Notes under the pieces: model-generated
What the model saw: only the letters and a program-made list of their open reading frames with translations
Told to the model about the DNA's origin: nothing
The model's database searches: none
Source of the DNA: Methanotrichaceae archaeon
Lineage (GTDB): Archaea > Halobacteriota > Methanosarcinia > Methanotrichales > Methanotrichaceae
Assembly (NCBI GenBank): GCA_963748825.1
Contig: CAVVKN010000025.1
Location: 28,802-92,801, forward strand
Direction: 5' to 3'
DNA length: 64,000 nt
In this document: positions 48,304 to 56,988 of the stretch, in pieces
Layout of the letters: the number at the start of each line of letters is the position of its first letter
How positions within the stretch are numbered: position 1 is the stretch's first letter
Program-made: the position numbers and the translations under genes

Positions 48304-48405
48304 TAGTGGCCTCCCTGGAGGTCTGCTTGAGGGCCTGGGCCAGGTACTCGACCATCTCGCCGGCATCCTCGTAGAGCAGAGGGTCGTGCTCCACGATCAG
48401 GAAAA
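48304..48405 (-). pseudogene. Internal fragment of a conserved Methanosarcinales hypothetical (inactive RecA-like) gene
   Basis: FLIVEHDPLLYEDAGEMVEYLAQALKQTSREAT, abutting the IS relic; family from recollection. Confidence 0.4.
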
Positions 48406-48525
48406 TGCAGTATTCTCTTGCCGAGTGGCAGTAGTGAGGTGAGATCAAAAAAATTCGATCCAAATTTACCCGTAAAGGATTTAGGAAGTTAACTCTAGAA
48501 ATCGCTATGCAGCGACATGTTTTAA

Positions 48526-48547
48526 TGCAGGGGACGGGAATTCGACC
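48526..48547 (-). other. Degenerate tRNA 3'-end-like fragment (possible att scar)
   Basis: TGCAGGGGACGGGAATTCGACC vs tRNA-Leu TGCGGGGGATGGGATTCGAACC (9434-9455). Confidence 0.4.
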
Positions 48548-48727
48548 TCAGCTCACTCCTCATATCCAGCTTCTTTTGATCATCTCTTCTAATTCGCCGG
48601 GCCGAACCCTGAAGACCTTTTACAGTTTCATTTTTTTAAGTTTGTTAGAAAGCTTAAAATGTCTAATGATACTAAACATACATTCTGAATTAGCGGCCTG
48701 ATGGTAACTGCTTTGGAGGAGATTTAA

Positions 48728-50980
48728 ATAAGACTGCCGAAACTGAGCCTGATTCACTGGATACTACTGGGGTTTTTCCTCGGCATTCTTGTCGGCCAGT
48801 TCTTTGGAGACCTCTGCTCCGTCTTGGCGCCCATCAGCGATGCATTCATCAAAATCTGGCAGATAACCATCCTCCCTTCCGTGGTGATCTCCCTGATCGT
48901 CGGCTTCGGAAATCTGGACCGGGAGGATGCCGGAAATATCGCCAAAAAGGGGGCCCTGGTCTTGGTGATCTTCTGGATTATCGGCATTGGCATGTTCTTT
49001 TCCCTGCAATTGGCCTTTCCCAATCTAGAGAAAGCCTTTTTCTTCAGCACTCAGGACCTGGTCGGGATAGATGATTTCAGTATCGTAGACCTGTTCATAC
49101 CATCAAATCCCTTCCGGGCATTATCCGAAGGGCTGATGCCGGCTATTGTGATCTTCTGCCTGAGCTTGGGTTTCGCCCTGATGGTGGACAAAGAGAGCAA
49201 GCCGATCCTAAACTCGCTTAATATTTTTCTGGCGGCGCTAACTCGTATCACAAGTGCTCTGGCCAAGACCTTTCCCATCGGCGTTTTTGTCATAACGGCC
49301 GAGACCACGGGGACCATGACCTTCGAGATGCTGTTAGAGCTTCAGGTCTTTCTGATCTCACTTGCCGCATCCGCCATACTGCTGAGCTTAGTTGTCCTGC
49401 CTCTCTTGGTTAGCTCCATAACCCCATTCCGTTATCGCGACATTCTTTCTGCATCGTCCAAGCCGGTGCTCCTCGGATTTTCAACCGGTAGCGAATTCAT
49501 AACTTTGCCATTGATCATCGAGGCGGTGGGAAAACTCTTCGGTAAAGGAGACATGAATCAAGTCGAGAGCGGCTTAGAAGATGGCTGCAAAAGCGGCTCT
49601 GATAATGAGCATATAATGTCCTACTGCGAGGTTCTAGTTCCCGTTGCTTTTACCTTTCCACTGCTGGGCGCTCTTGTGCCCTTTCTCTTCATACTCTTCG
49701 TGGCCTGGCTCTATGGGAGTCCTCTAGATCTTACGGAGCAGATTAAGCTCATTGTAGTGGGAATTCCCAACTTCTTCGGCTCATCCAAGCTCTCGGTCGA
49801 GACGCTCTTGAATCTCATGCACCTTCCTGCGGACGCTTACAACCTCTACATCAGTACAGGAATCGTGCGCCAATGCTTTGTGGCCTCGCTGACATGCATG
49901 TCCATTTTTTCATTTGCTACTATCACTATTGCACTACTTACCAACAAGTTCCAGCTGCAATGGAAGAGGTTGATCTCTTCCGTCCTGTTCACACTTCTAT
50001 TAGCTTTTCTCATGTTGGGCAGCCTGAATATGGGCTTTTCCCATTTGCTTGCCAATACCTACCATGGAAGCGATTTGATCTCCAACATCGAGCTTCCCCT
50101 GGATTCCGATGGCAAGAGGTTGGATGAAGTGGTGAGCACAAAAGTCTACCTGCGTTCGCAAGATGTCCCCGCTCCGGCTCAGAAGCTCTCGCAAATCTCA
50201 GATCAGGGGGATGACGTCAAGCGGATCAAGAATAGAGGCGTTTTAAGAGTAGGCTATAACGGCAAATGCATACCATTTGTCTTTTTCAACGGGAAAGGTG
50301 AGCTGGTAGGATACGATGTGCAAATGGCCTATGATCTGGCCCGGTTCATCAATGTCTCCCGGATTGACTTCATTCCCGTAACCGGAGACACCATCGTCGA
50401 TTTCCTAAATAGCGGCGTTTGCGATATCGTCATGTCTTCTGTCATTGTAACTTCAGAGAGGCTCGATGAGATGAAGTTCACTGACTCATACATGTCCGTT
50501 CACATGGCTTTTGTGATACCGGATGAGGGAAGGAAAGACTTCTTGAAGCTGGAAAATGTGCGAAAGATGAACAACTTGAAATTAGCGGTGCTCAACAACA
50601 CTGCGTTGGTAAAGGTGGCACCCAATCTGTTTCCTCAGGCGAAGATTGTCCTTATCGATTCCTTCGAGGATTTCTTTGTAGAAGGCAAAGCAGATGCACT
50701 CTTTACCACGGCGGAGGAGGGTTATGCCATGACGCTTCTTTATCCCTTCTTTGACGTGGCCATATTCGAGCCCAATGATTCATTTCAGATAATGTATGCT
50801 TATCCTGTGGCAAAAAACAGCAGCGATACCTTCCTTATGCTTCTAAACTACTGGCTCAAGATGGAGGAGGACTACGGGAAGCTGGACAAGAAATACGATT
50901 ATTGGATTTTAGGGAAAGATGCAGGAGAGGCCGAGCCCCGCTGGTCTGTAGTGCGAAATGTGCTCCATTGGGTGAACTGA
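48728..50980 (+). CDS. Dicarboxylate/amino acid:cation symporter fused to a family-3 solute-binding domain
   Basis: LFIPSNPF, GFSTGSEFITLP, then LRVGYN..VGYDVQMA..KFTDSY; frame open to ATA 48728 after GGAGGAG. Confidence 0.88.
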   Translation: MRLPKLSLIHWILLGFFLGILVGQFFGDLCSVLAPISDAFIKIWQITILPSVVISLIVGFGNLDREDAGNIAKKGALVLVIFWIIGIGMFFSLQLAFPNLEKAFFFSTQDLVGIDDFSIVDLFIPSNPFRALSEGLMPAIVIFCLSLGFALMVDKESKPILNSLNIFLAALTRITSALAKTFPIGVFVITAETTGTMTFEMLLELQVFLISLAASAILLSLVVLPLLVSSITPFRYRDILSASSKPVLLGFSTGSEFITLPLIIEAVGKLFGKGDMNQVESGLEDGCKSGSDNEHIMSYCEVLVPVAFTFPLLGALVPFLFILFVAWLYGSPLDLTEQIKLIVVGIPNFFGSSKLSVETLLNLMHLPADAYNLYISTGIVRQCFVASLTCMSIFSFATITIALLTNKFQLQWKRLISSVLFTLLLAFLMLGSLNMGFSHLLANTYHGSDLISNIELPLDSDGKRLDEVVSTKVYLRSQDVPAPAQKLSQISDQGDDVKRIKNRGVLRVGYNGKCIPFVFFNGKGELVGYDVQMAYDLARFINVSRIDFIPVTGDTIVDFLNSGVCDIVMSSVIVTSERLDEMKFTDSYMSVHMAFVIPDEGRKDFLKLENVRKMNNLKLAVLNNTALVKVAPNLFPQAKIVLIDSFEDFFVEGKADALFTTAEEGYAMTLLYPFFDVAIFEPNDSFQIMYAYPVAKNSSDTFLMLLNYWLKMEEDYGKLDKKYDYWILGKDAGEAEPRWSVVRNVLHWVN

Positions 50981-51031
50981 ATTACTGAAAAAGCAAAAGC
51001 AAATGAGTGGTGTAGGGATGTCCTATTACGA

Positions 51032-51428
51032 GTTGCAGATGATCAGGAGCAGTTCATCGCCAGGAACTGCTCCGGCCGCGTGGTCGAGGTGGGGGCGGGC
51101 CATGTTTCGGAGGTAGCCCAGGGCCTGCAAGCCCGGGGCATGGATGTGGTGCTCACCGATAAAGAGGAGCGACTTTTAGGCAGTATGCGGGTGGAAAAGG
51201 ATGACATATTCTCGCCCCGGTTGGAGCTGTGCCGGGGGGCAAGCCTACTCTACTCCATTCGCCCGCCTCTGGAGATGCAACTGGCCATGGGCCTGGTGGC
51301 AGCGAAGCTTGGGGCGGATGTTCTGGTCTGGCCGCTGATGGATGAGGTGGCACAGCTACCAGGCTTTGCCCGGCGGCTGGGTTAATAGCGGGGAGGCGAG
51401 GTTCTACCTGTTTTCGGCGAGGGCTTAG
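51032..51428 (+). pseudogene. UPF0146-family gene, start lost and frameshifted
   Basis: FIARNCSGRVVEVGAG..KDDIFSP..LYSIRPPLEM; extra G near 51380 before VNSGEARFYLF. Confidence 0.75.
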
Positions 51429-51586
51429 TTTTGGCAGGCTATTTTGTGGTTGAATGTCCAATACCATTGGGCGAGCAATGTCCATCTGAGGAGTGCCAAG
51501 ATGATGGATGCTTTGGCGGCTGGGGAACGACCGGAAGAGGGAAATTTATGGCACCTTTTTAAGTATCTTGAAAATTCAATGCCTGT

Positions 51587-52180
51587 TTGGTGAGTCTTCA
51601 TGCCATAGAGCCCCTGGGCGATCTGGCGGCCAAGGACGCCATCTTTCGCATCCACAATGACATGCGCTTTGCCAAAAACAAGCCACCCTACAAGAGCCAC
51701 TTCTCAGCCGTGCTGGCTCCCGGCGGCAGGCACTCTTTGCGGCTGCCCTACTACATTCACATCATGCCTGGAGGATCTCTTCTGGCGGGCGGCGTGCACA
51801 TGCCCACATCCGCAGATCTTCAAGCCATCCGCTCCGCCTTCGCCGCTGATCCCGGCCCGATAAAAAAGGTGATCGAAGCGCCTGAATTCCGCAAATATTT
51901 CGGCGGCATATCCGGGGAAATGCTCAAGAGCGTGCCGCGAGGATATGCCCCCGATCATCCTGAAATCGAGCTGCTCCGCCACAAGCAATTCATGGTCCTC
52001 CATCCGCTCAGCGATGAGCAGGTTCTTTTGCCCGATTTTGCCGACCATGCGCTGCATGTCTTTGCTGCCATGAAGCCGTTCTTTGATTATCTCCAGCCGC
52101 TCGTCGGGCAGCAGATGCGTCCGGCAAGGATTTCGCCGAAAAGGAAAAGCGAACCAGGGATGAAAAAGGAGAGATTTTAG
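51587..52180 (+). CDS. DUF2461-family protein, probably N-terminally truncated
   Basis: IFRIHNDMRFAKNKPPYKSHF..YYIHI..GG..LKSVPRGY..DHPEIELLRHK. Confidence 0.8.
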   Translation: MVSLHAIEPLGDLAAKDAIFRIHNDMRFAKNKPPYKSHFSAVLAPGGRHSLRLPYYIHIMPGGSLLAGGVHMPTSADLQAIRSAFAADPGPIKKVIEAPEFRKYFGGISGEMLKSVPRGYAPDHPEIELLRHKQFMVLHPLSDEQVLLPDFADHALHVFAAMKPFFDYLQPLVGQQMRPARISPKRKSEPGMKKERF

Positions 52181-52199
52181 AGGAGGTACCAAATGGTCT

Positions 52200-52320
52200 G
52201 CGGCTGCCCTACCACCAACACAATCATGCCCGCAGGATCACTTCCGGCGGGAGGCTTGCACATGCTCATTTACGCAGATCTGCGGAACCGCCATTCTCCG
52301 GTCGATTCTGGCGCGATTCC
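52200..52320 (+). pseudogene. Diverged partial duplicate of the DUF2461 gene interior
   Basis: GCGGCTGCCCTAC..ATCATGCC..GGATC.CTTC.GGCGGG.GGC.TGCACATGC..CGCAGATCT aligns to 51739-51860. Confidence 0.75.
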
Positions 52321-52327
52321 CGCCATC

Positions 52328-52654
52328 CTAACGTCTCCTCGGCCTCAAACCTTTTGACCTGATGATGTTTCTAATCCTCTGCTTTTGATAGGCAGAAATC
52401 CTATCGAACAAAGGATGGTCCGGCTTCACCCTGAGCAGCGTTATTGAGATGACAAAGACCTCAGGATTCATCACATCCAACAAACACATTATGCCGCCCT
52501 CATCGCCGGATTCGACTACATCAGTAATCATAAATTCCGTTTCCTGCGTAATGTTTATTCCATTCGTGATAAGATATTTGCTCAAATCTTTGCTTGCATA
52601 AGCGGGAATTGGCAAATGGCTTTTCATCTCATCAATCAGTTCCATATTTTCCAC
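52328..52654 (-). CDS. Hypothetical protein
   Basis: SGDEGGIMC..SITLLRVKPDHPLF..I.AYQKQR. Confidence 0.7.
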   Translation of the reverse strand: MENMELIDEMKSHLPIPAYASKDLSKYLITNGINITQETEFMITDVVESGDEGGIMCLLDVMNPEVFVISITLLRVKPDHPLFDRISAYQKQRIRNIIRSKGLRPRRR

Positions 52655-52702
52655 CTCGATTTTTTATGTGTGAAGCGACGCATGATGCTGCAATTGCACC
52701 CT

Positions 52703-53158
52703 TCAGCGGAAGAGATCTTTATCATCGAACAGGGTACAATACTCATCTTTTTCGCTTATGCATCGGTTGGGGCATGCTACACAAAAACTGAGGTTCTCAT
52801 CCCATGCTTTGTAAAGCACATTCAGCATTTTATTTATCAGTCTGTCATCGAGATTCGGAAAATATGATTCAATCAGTTCATATGAAATGCATACTTTTTT
52901 ATCTTTACCGGATAATTGTCTTAGGATAGCATCCTTCAGTTTCTTTGATGTGCAAATTGAAAAATCCGCAAGATCCTCATCACTGATTTTGTGTCTCTTT
53001 AGTCGATATCCAAGATCGTCTCTCATATTATCATATATCCCCATTGATAATTCATAGCAAAACCAGTTTAGTTTTATTTTCTCACTATCATTGGAATAGA
53101 ATGATGTTGGTTCTATCATGGTAAGTGCAGCTTTCCCTTTTCCTTTCGAATTCGTCAT
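52703..53158 (-). CDS. Hypothetical protein with C-terminal Cys cluster
   Basis: CVACPNRCISEKDEYCTLFD. Confidence 0.7.
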   Translation of the reverse strand: MTNSKGKGKAALTMIEPTSFYSNDSEKIKLNWFCYELSMGIYDNMRDDLGYRLKRHKISDEDLADFSICTSKKLKDAILRQLSGKDKKVCISYELIESYFPNLDDRLINKMLNVLYKAWDENLSFCVACPNRCISEKDEYCTLFDDKDLFR

Positions 53159-53418
53159 GTCAACATAGTTATATGCCTGATTTTAAAAAGAATGCGGCTA
53201 TTATGGCAAACTATGAGAAAAACTCCCAGAGATTCAGGCGTTCACAGAGGACTCACAGAGTCGGCTTAGGGGAAGAAGCTTTGCCGTCACAGCCTCCAAC
53301 TCGCGCCCGATTATCCCACGCCAGGTGTAGCCCCTTAAACTCTTTGATTAGCCTCAGGCCGATCTTTGGCCAATCATGAGTTCCGAGGCGGATAAGCTTC
53401 TCGATTTCCCTTTTTCGC

Positions 53419-54132
53419 TCAAAAAGAGGGATTTGACGGCATAGGCGGCTCAGGCTGGGGATTTAATTGGTTGATTGGGTCCAAATCACGCGGTGATTTC
53501 TTTGAATTGATCGCTACAATCCTATTGATTTTCTCAGTCTCGCTCAATGGTGCGTTTGCACCTATTGTAAAGCTAAATGTCTTGCTGACTGTTTCCGATC
53601 CCTCATTCGTATATCTCAAACTGAGGGTGTAGATGCCATTTACCCAGGTATTCTGTTTGCCTGGCGCCGGGTTGGATGGAGATCCTTGATTAAGATAATC
53701 TGTAATGGGAATTATTGAGACCCAATAGCTACAAGGAGCCGGAGCATACACAAAGTTGTCATACGTCGGGCTAACGCTCATGATGCGTGCCGCTTTTCCA
53801 TCCGGGGGCGCTTCAAGCGTGTCGATCTCGAAATTGAAGCTACCCAATCCACAAATGGCCTCTGCAGCTTGATTAGAGTCACTGAAAAATTGGGTCACAC
53901 TCACCGTGAGGTTTACCGGCATGCTATTCCCTGAAGCTGCCTTTCCAGTATCTATTGCCTCTACATTGATAGATGTCGCAAAAGAAGAAACGGAAGACGA
54001 TGCAAATGAGCCTGCCTTTGCCAATGCGGACTGCGCGCTCATATCCAAATTAGGCGAGGATAGCGCAGCACTTGCCAAACACGCCTCCAGAACGATAATC
54101 GCCAAGCATGCTGAAATTAGAATTCGTCTCAT
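53419..54132 (-). CDS. Secreted protein with C-terminal QLNPQPEPP motif
   Basis: GAGGT RBS, signal peptide, beta-rich domain. Confidence 0.7.
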   Translation of the reverse strand: MRRILISACLAIIVLEACLASAALSSPNLDMSAQSALAKAGSFASSSVSSFATSINVEAIDTGKAASGNSMPVNLTVSVTQFFSDSNQAAEAICGLGSFNFEIDTLEAPPDGKAARIMSVSPTYDNFVYAPAPCSYWVSIIPITDYLNQGSPSNPAPGKQNTWVNGIYTLSLRYTNEGSETVSKTFSFTIGANAPLSETEKINRIVAINSKKSPRDLDPINQLNPQPEPPMPSNPSF

Positions 54133-54489
54133 ATCATCTACCTCTGTAGCCATATCCTTGCAACCATATTTGAACCTCTCCAGACGTTTTAGGACACAAT
54201 CCCTTTCTAAATCGTCTATATCCCGCATGTGTCAAGTAATCTTCCATGAGATGGTTGAAGGTAATGATGGCAGTCTGCATAATTGCAGTCTCATTGAACC
54301 CAGGAATGGCATTTGGCGAGATACAGAATATCTCCAGCTTAAAGAATCTTCTCTCCTCCTTCGAGGATTGTGGTATTAATTCTCGGGATCTGGCATGAAG
54401 CTTTAAAGACATCTCGTCAATTTCCGCAAAACCATTCTCATGCATAAATTATTAATATTAAAAAATTAATAAAAAACCCAAAATGCGGC

Positions 54490-54915
54490 TTAGAAATTAG
54501 TCAGGGCCGGTCCAATGGAATTGTAGATCTCCGCCGGATATCCATTAATCATGCCGTAAGCATCCGGCTCCGGCTGCAATGAAGTGCTTTGATTCCAGCT
54601 GGCATCAATGCTGTGGATGGGTGTGAAGCTCTTGCTGATGTAGTATGGGTTTGGTTTTGCCGATGCCGCAAAGGGCTGCATCATTAGCGATTCATTAATG
54701 CCAAAGATAGCCTGAATCCAGGCGTTATATTCTTGAACTGCCTGGTTATAGGGAACAATATCTCCCGCTTTTGCCTGATCATATTTCTGGGCCATGTTCC
54801 ATCCCCGGTTGAGGCCATCCAGGACACCTCTCTGGTAGTCGCTCAAGGCCAGCGATGAATCTATCAGGTTGAATATGAAGAGCAGGATTACCAGAGTGAA
54901 TAATGCGCTTTTCAT
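54490..54915 (-). CDS. Secreted hypothetical protein
   Basis: Signal peptide; LSDYQRGVLDGLNRGW. Confidence 0.75.
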   Translation of the reverse strand: MKSALFTLVILLFIFNLIDSSLALSDYQRGVLDGLNRGWNMAQKYDQAKAGDIVPYNQAVQEYNAWIQAIFGINESLMMQPFAASAKPNPYYISKSFTPIHSIDASWNQSTSLQPEPDAYGMINGYPAEIYNSIGPALTNF

Positions 54916-54991
54916 CTTTGCATTCTCCTTGTTTCGGTTTGCTGTTTAATTATATGGTGGTACCTGACCAAAAAGATTTGGGTATGGATCG

Positions 54992-55513
54992 TTACTTAAT
55001 GGCTGCTTCATCATCCTTGAGGAGAGCCTCGATCACCTCTGCCCGGGCCTGGCCGCTGATAGGGGCAAAATCGCTCTTTTTGCGTCCGCCCGCTTCGGAT
55101 CTCTTTAGCTCACCGTGAATCCATTCCTCGTGGGTTATCAGGTCGAGGGATAAAGCCTCTTGCGCGCTGCGGCAGATGCGACTGGCAAACGCAATAGCCG
55201 ATTTTTCCAGTACGCATGCCGAAACATAGACGGGGCTCACGAAAAAAAACGACCCGGTTTTCAAAGGCTGCTCCAGTACAATGCGCAGTATCTCCCTGCC
55301 CGCATATCTATCCAGGCCGCCCGCGCCCAGACCATAGAGGTCCATCTCCACTACCGCATAGCGGCTGTGGGGGGAGACAATGGCAATGGCTGCGAACGCT
55401 CGGCTGTGCACAGAGCACCATTCCCAGTATTGTTTCAAGACCTTGCGGCTCTGCATCCAGACAACATGACGGGCCAGGACGGCCTCTTCCAGGGTGGTAT
55501 GTGGCTTTAGCAC
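54992..55513 (-). CDS. Hypothetical protein
   Basis: 173-aa ORF. Confidence 0.5.
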   Translation of the reverse strand: MLKPHTTLEEAVLARHVVWMQSRKVLKQYWEWCSVHSRAFAAIAIVSPHSRYAVVEMDLYGLGAGGLDRYAGREILRIVLEQPLKTGSFFFVSPVYVSACVLEKSAIAFASRICRSAQEALSLDLITHEEWIHGELKRSEAGGRKKSDFAPISGQARAEVIEALLKDDEAAIK

Positions 55514-55662
55514 AAGTATGGTATGATGTTGTCAAAGTAGGTGTAGCTTTTGGGCCGTGAACGATTTCCTCGTGATTTATCAAGCGATGCATAAAATGAT
55601 TTGTTTAGTTAATTATATATACTGTGATCAAGTATTTCACAATAGGCTATTGAGGTTAAAGC

Positions 55663-56022
55663 ATGAAGATAAAATTTATCTGCAAAAATTGTGGCTCAGT
55701 GAATGAAAAAGATAAAGAGGTGCTTCTTGATCCAGAATATAGTCAAGAGGACTGGCTTTGCGATCTTCCTATGAGTTTTGAATGGATATTGCCGATAGGA
55801 AAGATCTCGCCTATTGTCGGCAGCCCATTGTACGTTTCAAGCCTGGGCGTCAACCTCTCTCGAAGTGAGTACCTGGAGAAATATAATGTGGATCCGGAGA
55901 TCGCCTACCAATTGATGCACAAAGATAATGGTAAATCTCTGGCCAAGGCAATGGACCCGGCCCGAGTACAATCTTTGATTATGTCATCTCGCTTGCCAGA
56001 TGCTGATGATTGGCCTGCCTAG
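55663..56022 (+). CDS. Hypothetical protein (N-terminal CxxC)
   Basis: GAGGT RBS; FICKNCG. Confidence 0.65.
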   Translation: MKIKFICKNCGSVNEKDKEVLLDPEYSQEDWLCDLPMSFEWILPIGKISPIVGSPLYVSSLGVNLSRSEYLEKYNVDPEIAYQLMHKDNGKSLAKAMDPARVQSLIMSSRLPDADDWPA

Positions 56023-56256
56023 GCGGATGCGCTGAAAAATCCGAAAGACAGCCCTTTCTTCATTTTTTTATAGCATGTCTTGCCTTGGCCCCAATACTCC
56101 ACACGGGAATGCCGGGAACGAAAACCTTAAATACGTTGATTGCCGTACTAAACATGGCAAAGGTCGACGACCATCTTCCTCCTGCATAAGAAGACTTTTG
56201 CCTCCCTCCTAATCACAACTATTAGTTGATGCAATTGCCGATCTTCCCTGAGACTC

Positions 56257-56778
56257 TTACTGCATTGGAAGCCAAAAGTACGGGTAATATGATCGGCATT
56301 GTTGTCCATAGCATGGTGCATAGAGGTATCTTCCCGTCCATTCGCTGGCGAGGCAGTTGCGGCAATAGCTGCAATCAACTGGATTTTGCCTGCAGTAGTA
56401 TACATACCGAATGTTTATCCCATCAAGATAAGCTTCACATACTGGCCGATTCAGAATATCATGTCCAATGATATCGAATTGCAGCTCTTTGCCCGTGAAG
56501 CTGATAAGATCTGCCAGAGGTTTGTCGAGAAGAACTTCGACCTTTGCCTGCAATCCATAAGTACCGGGTTGGGTAACATCCACCGTCATGCCATTGGGCT
56601 CTGAGACTTTCTCTACTGTTCCTATAAAATCATATGCGAGGGATGAGAATGCCAACAAAGGTAAAGATAAAAGCAAAATAAGTGCTATGCGAGCCGCGAT
56701 CCTTCTTGAAGACTTTGGCTTTGTTTTTTCTCTTTGGCCGGGGGATCTTTCTAGTAATTTTGCAGTTTCAAAGTTCAT
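56257..56778 (-). CDS. Membrane-anchored or secreted hypothetical protein with Cys-rich tail
   Basis: Hydrophobic anchor, beta domain, multiple Cys. Confidence 0.55.
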   Translation of the reverse strand: MNFETAKLLERSPGQREKTKPKSSRRIAARIALILLLSLPLLAFSSLAYDFIGTVEKVSEPNGMTVDVTQPGTYGLQAKVEVLLDKPLADLISFTGKELQFDIIGHDILNRPVCEAYLDGINIRYVYYCRQNPVDCSYCRNCLASEWTGRYLYAPCYGQQCRSYYPYFWLPMQ

Positions 56779-56988
56779 AATGGACAATATCCCCTCATTG
56801 ATCTTCAAGTTTTTCCACTCGGCTCTGATAGTGACAAAGGGCCTCAACCTGGCCCTGGCACTCGCCCTTGGCATCCTCACTTGCAAGAGAGTGGAGGGGG
56901 AGGAAGAACAGCCAGGCCCAGGCGAAGCTATGATACTGCATTCTCAGGCCCTACGAGACCATCCTGATGCTTTTTGTTTCCGGACAGA

